Shown here piece by piece: positions 1 to 11,900 of a stretch of 64,000 bases of DNA (position 1 is its first letter; every line of letters starts with the position of its first letter). Below the pieces are notes generated by a model. The model saw only the letters and a list, made by a program, of their open reading frames with translations. It was not told the DNA's origin and did not search any database. Made by a program: the position numbers and the translations under genes. Source of the stretch: Vitrella brassicaformis CCMP3155 (lineage: Eukaryota; Protista; Chromerida); the NCBI GenBank assembly GCA_001179505.1, contig CDMY01000869.1:124001-188000 (forward strand), given 5' to 3'.

Positions 1-1423
1 AGACCCAGGTTGGACCCGAGCAGCATCACGGCATAGTCCACGCCGTCGAAGGATGACGATGTGTCGACCACGGTGACACGACCCTCGACCCCTCCTTCCT
101 CTTCCCGCGCCTCCTCCGTACTTGCTCTGGTGTCGCCCCAGCTCGTGGATGGGGACGGGTCGGTCGTGATGGTCGCGTGAAGGGTGTAGCATGCGCAGGC
201 CGATGGGCGAGAAGCCTCAGTAGCAGTCGCTGTAGCCATGATTTCAAATGAGGCAATCTCACGCATGCGTTTCTCGCCGTCTGCCGTCAGGGTGTGTGAC
301 AGGTCGCGGATCGACCAATAGGAGTAGTCGAGCAGACCAGGGGCGGGGGGAGGGGCGAGAGAGGGGGAGCGGACGCGGGCACGGGTGAAGATGTAGAGAC
401 GCGGCAGGGTCATGTGGATGAAGGCCGTCACAAAGGGGTTGTCATACAGGGGGGCGTCGTATACGCGGAACGGGTGAATGAAGGCCGTCTTGGACTTGCA
501 GGCGTGCTCTCGGTCAGCGAACACGCCACCTGTACACACACACACGCCACCAGTCGGCAAGCTAGAGAACAGTCGAGCCGCACGTACCTATCGCATCACT
601 GAGTGTGGGGGAGTTCGTCGGTATGACGAGAAATCGCGCCAGCCCATCGGCGGACGCCTGCAGCTTGCCGCTCGCGAGATGGTGGCAGATGTAGCTGAGC
701 AGCTTGCTCGCCGCACCGACGGTGGCCGAGTCGTTGCTGTTCCAGCCGTGCTTGAGCAGCTGGGGGTTCTGCAGGGCGACCACGGAGACCGTCGGCGGCC
801 ACTCCTCTGTGCTGCTCTGGATGAGGCGCGCCACGGCATCGTGGGTCATGGACTCGATGAGCTGCCGGGCGAACAGAGGGTCCTCAAGCCAGTTGCGGCG
901 AAGCATCTGCCAACACACAACACCATCATGGACACACCGAGCTGCGCCCATTCTTGCTGACGACTTGCCTTGCCGTCGAGTTTGGAGACCATAGTGTCGC
1001 TGATGCCGCTGTGGACGTAGTCGAGGGCCTTGACGCAATCCAGAAAGTTGTCTTCTGTGAGGCCGTTGAGCATGGCATTGACGTCCTTCTGCAGCACAAC
1101 ACGAGCGACGTCAATGCCGATCTCGCGGATGACGATGCGGTGCGTCTTGCCCTCTGCAAAACTCCCTGCTTCCAACGCCTGCACCACACCAGACATCACA
1201 CCACACAGACAAACAAACAAACGAATGAATGAATGAATGAATGCATCTCCGACGGGTGGTTGATCTGCTTGTTGTTGACCGGTTTGAAATGGTCGAATTT
1301 CATGAGTACGTCGCGTTTGATGTGCAGCTTCTGGTCCTCGCCGGCCGCGGACTCATCTTCTCCCTCACGCACAAACACCAACTCGACAGAGGGGCTGATC
1401 AGCGACTCAGACGATGATGCCAT
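1..1423 (-). CDS. Spliced hypothetical protein with a BTB/POZ-like N-terminus; 3' end runs off the window
   Basis: ATG at 1423. Joining exons at GT-AG sites gives MASSSES...VLMKFDHFKP|ALEAGSFAEGKTHRIVIREIGIDVARVVL, a BTB-like 'F..AL...F.E...I.I' pattern. The last exon (~528 to 1) stays open to the window edge. Confidence 0.5.
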
Positions 1424-1761
1424 GGCGGGCGGCGAGAAGCAGTGCGACCACTCGGGGGAAGTGGGCAGTTGTTGCCTGCACGATAATGAACAGACGAGGC
1501 GAGCAACAGTGAGCGTCATGAGAAGGGTGATGACTATTGTAGTGGATGTCACGTGATTTCTCTCATTACCTGTTGCACACAGTGGCGTTCGCACAAAGCC
1601 GGTTAGGGGAGGACAAAACTCGTACTCGGCTGTAAATTGCATCGGTCGAGAAATTCGCGTGTTTATATCTTTGTTGGTTGTTCTCGACTGAGACGCGGTG
1701 ACGATGGCGTGTCACACCCTCTTCGACCACCACTTCAACAAGGCCCTCGGATGGCCAGCAC

Positions 1762-2087
1762 ATGGGTAAGCGAGTAGAGGCGATGTGGGACTGAGCAGAT
1801 GTTATTTGAGGCATGCGTGCATCATCGCACAACTTCCCTGTGTCGCTTCAGGGTTTGTGGAGAGTGACAGCAACACAGAGAGCGAGGCCCTGAGCGATTT
1901 CCGACTCCCACCTCCCCGCCAGCCGCCCGCTGCGCCCGCCACCCCGCCCACGCCTCCGGCCGTCATCCCCAACTATCTCAAGGCGACCAAAGCAACGGCG
2001 GCCCGGAAGAAGGCGGCGGACGAGCAGCGCGCCGCACTGCTGAAGAAGCAGGAGACGGTGAAGAAGCTCGGGCGCTTCCGTTTCTAA
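1762..2087 (+). CDS. Small two-exon hypothetical protein (~80 aa), Pro/Lys/Ala-rich
   Basis: ATG G|gtaag donor at 1766 and cttcag acceptor at 1851 join in frame to give MGFVESDSNTESE...KKLGRFRF*. The start is uncertain. Confidence 0.4.
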
Positions 2088-2227
2088 TCGTGTCGTTTCA
2101 CAGGGCGCTGCACCAGTACGCCAGGTGTTTTTTCATCGTGCCATGCGCTACTATCTGGACACGTGCCTGGCGCTACTACCTCGATTGATGGCCCGCCTCT
2201 GGCGGCAAGGGCGTCTCAAGTCCTCTC

Positions 2228-3294
2228 AGCTCGGTGTGGTGGCCGATTCGTTCGCCGAGCTGGCCGAGTGATTGCATGCGACCCATCGCTGCAGCACAAC
2301 TGGGTGGCACCGCTGGCGTGGACCATGGCCAAGGTGGGCTGCTCTCACGAGGAGCTGCTCAGACTCATAGGCGAGGCTGGTTCATTGGCGCAGGTGGGCC
2401 GCAAGAAATAGACTCATCAATCATAAGACACACTGACGTGTCTACTGGTCGTGTCCATCAATCAGGGCCTAAGGCTGTATCTGGGGTGAGTCCGCCAGGC
2501 CTACCACACCGAGATCGACGGCGACCTCGGTGCCACCTACCTCCCGTGTGCACATCAGCAGGGGACAAACTTCAAGTTGTTCGGCCGTTCACAAGTCACG
2601 GATGGGGAGAGAGGAAGGACAAGTGGTCTTGTCGAGGCAGTCGATCAGAGCACGCACTGATTGGCTCACACCCACCCACGGGCGTAGGTCTAGAGGCCGG
2701 CTAGAAGGCGGGCTGACTGACTGCTTTCTGTGGGCCACCACTGCTTTCGGACTGACTGACTGTACAGACGAGGGAGGCTGCAAGGCGGCTGGGGTTTTTA
2801 GCGGCCTCCCCACCCCCACTTATCTACACAGACGACTTTGAAGGCAAGGAAGGCAGATCAGAGAGACAGAGGAGCGGGTTTTCCTGGCTGACACAACTAT
2901 GTATGGGAGGGAAATACATAGACACAACACGACAGACACGTCCGATATCTCACATGTCCCTCCACTTGTGATATGTTTCACCTGTCGGTCAGATGGAGCC
3001 GGAACTGTCCGAAATGGAAACAAATCCACTAGCTCCAAACGGGCCGGCGAAAAGATGTTTGGTTTGAGTGGTGAGCTGGCGTTGGGCGGCGTCGTCTTTC
3101 TGGCCGCCAGCCTTATCCCCGAGAAGACACGGCGGAAGCGCAGAAGCCGGATACTTTCCTCTGTCATGGATCACATGTTGGAACTTCTATTGACGGGCCC
3201 GTCTGGCGATGGATTCGTCAGAGCATCCAACTATGTACCGACACTGCAAGTGCCAGGCCTACTCCTTCTTTCATGTTCAATTCCTCTGTCTTAA
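2228..3294 (+). CDS. Possible spliced hypothetical gene or degenerate gene fragment
   Basis: Exon ~2831-2900 (DDFEGKEGRSERQRSGFSWLTQL) joins phase-consistently through gtatgg...ggtcag to YGAGTVRNGNK...ELALGGVVFLAASLI. The upstream piece at 2228-2393 appears frameshifted. Confidence 0.25.
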
Positions 3295-3586
3295 TCTTGT
3301 GATGTTCCCGTGCTTAGTGCGATTGGCTCGTGCCATTAGCTTTCAAAGCACGGAACGACCCACGAGATTGGTTATATCGCTGCCTTCATTTTATATCGGT
3401 GGGGCAATGATCCTAAGATTGAATGTCTGCTGGACCATACCGACGTGTAACGGCGTGGTTGACGTGGTGTGCGGAGACATACACTAGAGGCTGAGACACC
3501 ATCTTCGTGTGTCTTGGCGGCAGTGAATGATTGGCTCTGGACATCTTTGGGTCGGTTTTCCGCAACTATAAACAGTGTTAGGTGAG

Positions 3587-6500
3587 TCAGATGAAGGGGT
3601 TCTCTGCAAAAATCAAAAGCCTTAACGCCGATCTACCCGTGAACACAATAAAGTGGACACCAACGAGGAATAGCCATCCAACAGCTACTATTATCGATGG
3701 ACCGCCCCCCACACGCGAGGCCGCCCCGCTCACAGCGAAATCAGGATACCACATCCGCCTATCCACGTACTCACGATACTTGTCATCACCATCGTCACCA
3801 CCTGTGTCGACGCGCACACGCGATGCGCCCGTGTCGACCCCCTGCTGCACGATGGCGGCGGCGATGTGCATGCTGATGTTGCGGATGCCCGTGAGGCTCG
3901 GGTACACGGTGCCGTGCGCCAGTTCATCGTCCGTCACCATCGATGCAAGCGTCCGTGCGGCCAGAGCAAACACCGAGTCGGGGATGGTGCGCAGCTTGGC
4001 AGAAATGGCACCTGCATGACAGACAGACAGACAGGCAGGCACATGGGGGCAAATGAGGGCACATGAGGGCACGAAGGAATGTGTTGCATTCACTGAGAAG
4101 TAAGTGGTACCTAGGCCAACGCCAGGAAAGACGTAGAGGTTGTTGCCTTGTCCAGGAACCTGTGTGCCACCTACACAGACACGGAGACACAGTGTTGTGC
4201 ATCATGCGGCTGGTTGGCCGGCTCACCGATGCCGAGTGGCCCTATGGGGACGGGGGCGAAAGGGCTACCGCTGGCGAAGATCGTTGAGCTGCCGCCCCAC
4301 TTGTACGCTGACACACAGCATCCCTGGCCTTCCTGCATTGTCTGTCTCTCTGTGTGTGTGCTACCTACCCTCTTCAGCGGTGCATTCGGACTTGGATGTC
4401 GGGTTTGAAAGAGCGAAGATGATCGGCGACTTGCACTGGCTACGCATCGCCTGCAGACATGTACAAGATACATGAGAGACAAAACTGACACACGGGCTTC
4501 TCGTCTGCTCTGTGTGTTGACCTGACCTTGATGATTTTCTCAGTGAAGGCGCCGCCCTTTCCACTCAGACCCAGGAGCATGGTGGGCCTCGCAGCCTTGA
4601 CCACTGAGAAGCAGACAGGCAATAATCGGTGGGGTGTGTTGTGTGCTGATGGATGTTGTCCATCTTTCTCACCCACCTTCGAGGAGTGTGGGCAGCGGCG
4701 GGTCGTCTCGCGCGAATCTCAGCTTGTGTGACTGCATCGCGCCGCTCCTCTGGGTCGTCACCAGTCCTGAATGTACACACACGGTCGACCGGTGGATCGA
4801 CACATCACATATGTATATCTAACATACTCATAACTCGGTGGCTGACCTTTTGAGTCGACGAGCCAGAATTTGTCTTTGGCTTCCGAGTGTGACATGCCCT
4901 TGTCCACCATGTCCTCCAATATCATGTCGGCAATGCCCACCGCCGCCGCACCCGCACCGTAGAAGACGATGGTCTGGTTGGCCCACTCGGACTGCGTGAT
5001 GCGCATGGCGCCCAGAAGGCCCGCCAGAATGACCGTCCCTGTGCCCTGGATGTCGTCATTGAACGACAGCAGCTCATCCCTGATACACACGAGGTCGCCG
5101 TACACGTTTGTATGTGACCGGAGGGCACATCGGTTCACCTGTATTTGCTGAGGATGGGGAAGGCGTGGTCGTTGGAAAAGTCCTCCCATTGCACAAGGGC
5201 CGCCGGCCATCGCCGCCGCACAGCTGACAAACAGACAGACAGACAGACAGTTGAAAAGGTCGGTCGGAAGTGTGCCTGCCTGGCTGTGATTGGTCTGCTC
5301 ACCGCTGACGAACTCATCGACGATGGCGTCGTATGCGTCGCCCTGCAGCCGTGGGTGCTTCTCGCCAATGTACAGCGGATCCATCAGCAGCTGCTCGTTG
5401 TTGGTGCCCACGTCCAACATGACTGATGGGAGTAGCGACACAGAATGGATCGGTGTACACACGTTTTCGTGGGGCAGGTGGCTCACTTGGCAGGACCTTG
5501 GACGGGTGTATTCCCGCGGCCGCCACGTACAGCGACAGCTTCCCGATCGCTATGCCCATGCCGCTGAAGCAATGCACACAGAACACACATCACTATTTCA
5601 CGGACCCACTTATTATTGTCTCTTTGTCGCCTCACTTGGCGCCGAGGTCCCCAAGGCCGAGTATCCGACTGCCATCTGACAGACACGGACGCGCGCAATC
5701 GACCAGCAACGATCCCTTTTTGCACGTGTTCGTCGTTCCTTCCTCACCCGTCACGACGATGATTTCGACATTCTTCTGCGGCCACTGCCTCAACACCTCA
5801 TAGAAACGACCCTGCAAACAGCAAAGGAGGCCGAAAAGAGCACCTCAGGTGAATCGCATGGACACAGCGAGTTGCCAATCAGTGTACCCTGAGAGAGGTG
5901 GACAGGAAGATGCCCCGCGGCTGCCGATAAATGCGGGAAAAGTTCTGAATGCACAAACGCAGACAGACAGAATCGAGTGCATCCCAAAACGCCGACGCTC
6001 ACGCATACTGACCTGGCATGCGATACCGACTGTGGGTGTGTACACGATGGGCATCATGTCGACCACATTCTCCACCAGCAGGCGGAAGTAGAGCACCTCT
6101 GACCTGTCGTGGATGGACTCCAGATACAAATACCGGTCGAAGTCACTCGTCTGCCGCTCGTAGCCATCCTGCACACATACACACAGCAACACAGGGCACA
6201 CAGGCAGGAAGCTTCATTGCAATGTACGAGGGCGTGTGCATGTTGTCCTCCGTACCATCAGCCTTATGATCTGCTGATCCATTGTTTCGCTGCACAGACA
6301 AGTACAGAGCCAGCAACGAGTGGCTGCAATGATAGTGACAGGTGTCTACGTCACGTACATGGCTGGCGGCAGATATCCGTTCAAATCAAGGCGGTCTCGC
6401 TCAGTGGCCGTGAAGGACAAACCCTGACCAAGCACACACGCACATGAAGGGAGGGAGGGAGAGGTACCTAAGTAAGTGCCTGTGTGTGTGTGTCCGTGTG

Positions 6501-6825
6501 TGTGTGTGTGTGTCTGTGATTGCACCTTGCTTGCGATAGGATCACGCAGCACATTGAGAGCAGATGAAGACATTGTGACCATTGCATGACTGCTGCGCGA
6601 CGGACCGACATCTGAAGCCGCCACCATTGACACACACAAACACACGCAACACACACGCAGAGCCCAATCAATGAATCATTCATGTGATCTGGTGCTGCCC
6701 TCACCTGCAGTGGCGTTTCGCCTGTCGGCCTCCAGCTGGTGCCCATGCTGCGGAGGCTTCAGGCCTCCTGTGTCGCGCGCAATCACGTACAAGATCAGAA
6801 TCACACACGGGAATACACGCATCAT
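3587..6825 (-). CDS. ME: Malic enzyme (NAD(P)-dependent malate dehydrogenase, decarboxylating) with N-terminal signal peptide and C-terminal hydrophobic tail
   Basis: Spliced exons give LNVLRDPIASK|GLSFTATERDRL, MMPIVYTPTVG, VVT|DGSRILGLGDLGA|NGMGIAIGKLSLY, MLDVGTNN, FNDDIQGTG, GAGAAAVGIA, WLVDSKG, GSPF and VYPSLTGIRNIS, all canonical malic enzyme motifs with consistent splice phases. Confidence 0.95.
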
Positions 6826-6927
6826 GCCGAGGTGCAAGTGCTCATCAACCGCAGCGACAGCGCCTTCTTCTTTTCCCACATTTGGCATACAGATCTCTGT
6901 GCGAGCTTAGAGTGCAGATCTCCTCTG
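6826..6927. promoter_or_regulatory. 102-bp divergent spacer between malic enzyme and TLDc genes; contains GCGAGCTT-N7-AGATCT
   Basis: ATGs at 6825 (-) and 6928 (+). GCGAGCTT at 6901-6908 and AGATCT at 6916-6921. Confidence 0.55.
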
Positions 6928-8262
6928 ATGACGGCCTCGCATGCATCTGGGTGCGCAGCCATGCTGCTTGCAGCCATCCAAGCGTTGATCTTCGACGTTT
7001 CCAACGCTTTCCAGATCTCCTCTGCTGGACCAAGAATGGCGCTGCCCTATGCACGACGGCGGCTGCATGAGCTTCGCGCGAAGCCCAGTGATGAGGATGA
7101 GCCGCTGGGGCCGCCCGGCATCGCGCCAGGAAGGAAGGTCTATGAGGAGAGAGATGACTGGGTGAGTGTGAGCATGTCAGGCACATCTCTTCAATAGATA
7201 TCTGTCTGTGCGGCTTGTGTGCAGGTGACCAAGGCAGTGAAGTTCGTGTTTGGCTCCAAAGCATTGCAAGACCCTGAGCCGCTGGGTTTTAAGCGGAGCG
7301 GCAAAGAGGCCTTCCCTGGTCAGTGAGTCGCCCAACACACACACACACTCACACACCGCAAGCGAATGGCCCTCCGTGTGTGTTGCCTGCCTGTCGTCCT
7401 GCCGTTGGTTCTGCAGAGTATTACGGCGTCAATCTCGCAGAGTGGGCTGATTTGTTGCCCGAGGATCAAGGCAACAAGGACCTGACACTCATACGACCCC
7501 TCCTGAAACAGACGCGACTTGAGCAGCGGCCCATGCAGCTCATCTATGACGCGTCGAGGCACGGCTGGTCATGTCGGTCATTTCACCAGCGTGTGGACAG
7601 GAAGGGACCGTGTGTGGTGCTGGCCAGGACCAGGGGCGGGAGCATCTGTGGGGGCTACAATGCCGCGGGGTGGGTGGGGGTTGGGGAGCTCAGGGGAGCG
7701 GCGAGCGCATTTCTCTTCACATGGCCTGATGGCGACACATCCAAGAGGCCGCTCAAGTGAGGCTTTCAACACGAAGCACTATGGCCGGCTGTGTCTGCAT
7801 TTGTTGCTGTGCTGCAGGCTGCCGAAGGTTGGTGGTGCGGGTGTGGCGATCTGTGACTTTCCTGACAAAGGGGTCTCCTTTGGCATGGACGGGTGAGCGC
7901 TACCGACACAGCAGAGAGCCGTTATGCATCCGGCGAGAGAAAAGGCGCATTGTGTGTTGGTGTGTTGGTGTGTTTCAGATTTGTAGTGCCGCTGTCGAGC
8001 AGAGAGCCCAACGGTCCTCAAATTTCCTACTCCAAGCTTGGGCCCTACTATTCCCGGAGGAAGGACGGCTTTCCCTCTCTATTCTCCGTCCGTAATCGAT
8101 CGATGTCACGCATCCATGTGAATTGTGAATGTGTGCGTTGTGTGTGGTCAGGGCGTCGAGAAGCGGCAGGCAGAGTTGGTGGAGCTGAAGGTGTACGCGG
8201 GCATCTACAAGCCCGGGGAGGCCATACCCGATAGCAAGGTGAAGCTACTGCAGCTCAACTAG
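6928..8262 (+). CDS. TLDc-domain protein with predicted bipartite plastid-targeting leader
   Basis: Leader MTASHASGCAAMLLAAIQALIFDVSNAF|QISSAGPRMALPYARRRL (signal peptide, then a basic transit-like segment). TLDc motifs LIYDASRHGW..SFHQRVDRKGPCVVLART.GG.ICGGYN..GW and AFLFTW, ending ELKVY...LLQLN* (TAG 8260-8262). Confidence 0.85.
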
Positions 8263-8579
8263 ATGATCCTGCGGGTGGGTGGGTGTGTGTGAGGGGGTGT
8301 ATCTGTAAAGTAGCTACAACACGAATGCGTGTCTGGACAGTTGGCAGACACGCATGGAATCAGGGCATCAGAGGCCCGAAGCTCATACACAGTTCGCGGC
8401 GGCCGTTGTGTATCTATCTGCTGACCTGCTTTCACAGCCGCTCACACGTCGATAAGGTCAAAGACTCCACAAAAGGAAATCTGTGCGTTAACGGTCGCCT
8501 TCTGGGGCGTACATGGCACTGTAGAACAGCAAACCGTTAATCGTTAACGGCATCAGGTTCCTTTCCAGTCAGCATCCTC

Positions 8580-8879
8580 NNNNNNNNNNNNNNNNNNNNN
8601 NNNNNNNNNNNNNNNNNNNNNNNNNNNNNNNNNNNNNNNNNNNNNNNNNNNNNNNNNNNNNNNNNNNNNNNNNNNNNNNNNNNNNNNNNNNNNNNNNNNN
8701 NNNNNNNNNNNNNNNNNNNNNNNNNNNNNNNNNNNNNNNNNNNNNNNNNNNNNNNNNNNNNNNNNNNNNNNNNNNNNNNNNNNNNNNNNNNNNNNNNNNN
8801 NNNNNNNNNNNNNNNNNNNNNNNNNNNNNNNNNNNNNNNNNNNNNNNNNNNNNNNNNNNNNNNNNNNNNNNNNNNNNNN
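8580..8879. other. Assembly gap (300 N) followed by a ~20-nt poly-C run
   Basis: Run of n characters directly visible. Confidence 1.
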
Positions 8880-8939
8880 CCCCCCCCCCCCCCCCCCCCT
8901 GTCCCCTGTGACGTTACACCAGCATCCACCCGCTCTCTA

Positions 8940-11900
8940 ATGCCGATTAGTAGTCCATTGTTGCAACAATCGACTTTGGTGCGCAGATGCCTCTTCGTGT
9001 TTCTGCTCGCGGACGCCCGTGCTGTCGTCGCGCAGTTCAGATATACACCTTCGTGTATATTTGGTAACAATCGGATACGGGATGGCGTCACAGCGAACGC
9101 TGACTGCCAACCAGGTGAGCTAGGGAAACCCGAAAAGCTAAACGGAATCACGGCATGGCTTTGAGTCGTTGCCTTTGAGTCGTTGCAGATGTCCCGCCAC
9201 CTGGTCTCCCACCGTATGCAACTTGCGTTCCGGACCCACTTCTCTTCTTCAACAGTGACAAAGGCGAACAGATGGCCTTCGGAGTGTGTATTAATGGTGA
9301 GCTCTCCGGTGACTCATGCTCTTGAGCTGTCTCTTGAAAGTCCGTGTCTTGAAGAGAAATTCGCCCAGGAATGGTTTAAAATTCAGCAGGAACTGGCCCT
9401 CAATCCGTCCCTCGGCCGCGGGGGCACTCCCGTCACCCCTTCTGGGAAAGGGCAGAGCATTCTCTGTGGAGCTGTGGACGAAAACGGCGGTACATCTGCG
9501 CTTTCACTGTGCCCGGCTGACAAGCCTATATGCGCACGCTCTGGCGACCGACGCTTTTGCTACTGCATAGAAAACCAACCAGCTCTGTCCAGAGAAATCG
9601 GTATATAAGTACGCCAAATGTTGGACTTTGAATGTGTGCGTCTCATTGTTTTCAGAGATGTTCGGTCCATTGTTGCCTCCCAAGAGTGAGGACACTTCTA
9701 TTCTTAGGGATTGGCCTGGATTTGAAAAGCTATGCTGGCCAGCTTCCTTTGACAAGTGCATCAACACGGTCAATCCGTTCGCGCCGAACCGCGACTGTTA
9801 CGATGTACTGGATGCCGCGGAGATCGCTGAGACGAGCGGCGTCGACCCTGCATTTCTCGCCATTGGCGACCACAACAACAACCCAAAGAACTTCTCACAG
9901 CTTGTACCTGGGACTTATCTGGTGAAAGACGTCGCGTTGGAGGCCTGGGCGGATTCCATTGAAAACCTGGGCGACACCGACAGCTGTATGCGCATCCGGG
10001 GAAGGATGGAGGGCTCTCATGAGGACTTCTTTGTTGACCTCTCGTGCAACACCACTGAAGGTGTGTCTGCTATCGTGTCATTCGATTGCCCTGAAGTGGG
10101 CCTCTGCTCAGTGCGTAATGGCAATGAATTCTTACCGGCGCTCGCAAGGAAGACACGGAGAGAGAATGGCTCGAGCCATCACACTTTCGTTCATCCAATA
10201 TATGCATGTCCATCAGCTTGTTATTCATGGTGTGCTGAAAGTGGTCAATGCCAGCGAAGCCGAGTGCATCGGCATCGAGGCACAAATCGAGCTGACAGGG
10301 TGAGTGAGAGACGTCTGAAGTCTAGAGGTGGTCGCAGTACTCAACGTATGTCTTCTACTTGTGTCTCTCTTCCGTGTCAGAGCTGGGTTGGTTGACGAAG
10401 CGAATTCTACTCGTGCCCGCTTCGCCAACTACACAGCAGAGCAGCGCCTTACTCTAGTTGCCGAAGGAGAAGAGACGGGATTCATCACCACAAGGGGCAT
10501 CGCTTTGATAAGTCCAGGTTTCAACTTTCCGTTAGGACTGCTCACATTTCCTACGACGGTGCCCCCCAGCTGCCCTTCCTTGCTCAACGAGCGGATCTTC
10601 ACAATCACATCAGGCGACGTGGGGACAGGCTCGGTGCTCGTGACCACTGCATCCGGGTTTGGCTATGACCCCAACGATATTGAAGTGTCACGAATAAGCA
10701 GGCAGACAGAAAGTGCGCATGACCCTAGTCTCCCTTTCCGCCTTTGGTCTCCGCATGCAGAGGTTGTTTGAGGTCGAGGAAGGCTCTGGCCGGTTTGCCA
10801 ATGATTTCAACAAATGGTGTCGTGAGGCGCCTCCGATGAATCGCAGACCCCCACATGAATTGGCCGGCATTAAGACGCCTTCGCCATGGTTTCCACTGTT
10901 CAAGACAGGCCAAAGCCCTGCCTTCCCGCTCTTCAACGCCCGCACGGTGGCACGCTATTCAGTGACCAGCGCATTTCACCCCAACAAGATTGCTGACGAG
11001 TTCGGCATTAGTGTGCACAGTCGAAGGTCTTTTTGTGGAATTCCTGGCTTGAGGCGAACGGCCCGTCCGTCTGTTCCGCTCTTAGTTCCGTCCAAATCCT
11101 ATGTGTCGAAAACGTGACGGTCTTGCCGCTGACTTTCAAGTTGGATAACTTGGAGACCGGCAGCTCTCTCGATCTTATCCTTAAGGCACAATTGGGCGAC
11201 TTGCTTGACCAAGAGGCAGGAGGTAGGAGAGAGAAAGCAGCCTTCTGAACCCTTCCATTTGTGATCGCATGATGTATGTGTTCATGGTCAGTGTATGTTG
11301 AATGCCGAGGCCTTGTACTGCAGACTCTTCCAGCTGGCTTCAGCGAGCCCTACCTGATTCCTGGCGGCCTCAAGACTGGATCGATCGCTGCTGTTGGACT
11401 TGATCCTGAGGTAGGGACGCTCGGTGACACCGTCTTCGTCGATGTGCTGATCAATGAGACAGACGGGTCTACTACCTCACTGAGAGACGAGGGGGTCGTT
11501 GCTAATCTCTCGCAGCACAACTGCTTTGGAGCAAATCAGACTGGGCAGAGAGAAATCAACGCGACGGTGTTGGTGTACGAGAGGCTAGAGGAGGGCAGCC
11601 GGAGCAGCGAGGATGTCATCTTTCACACGGAGTGCAAGATTGGCTTTGAGTGCTTCGAAGCGTGTTCCGGGGCAAGGTTGCCGGTATCCAGCCCAGCAGC
11701 AGTGCAGTCTGGGACTTATGAGCTTCTCGATGCACCATTCCAAACCATCAGATCGTCATATGAGACGATATCCGGCTATTCGGCGCCACCTCGTAACTCT
11801 TCTGGATGTCTCTCTATTTTCGATTATCATGAAAGTGAGGGATGCAGGGAAAAAGGCTATAATGATTCCACCTGCACGGCTACCGTCAATGAGAGGATCT

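Noticed and set aside
6700-6825. Plastid-targeting interpretation of the malic enzyme leader
   Set aside because: Disfavoured but not excluded: the post-signal region has acidic residues, no +1 Phe and an NAT sequon, and the protein has a C-terminal hydrophobic tail.
8537-9151. 204-aa ORF crossing the N run
   Set aside because: Artefact of translating the assembly gap.
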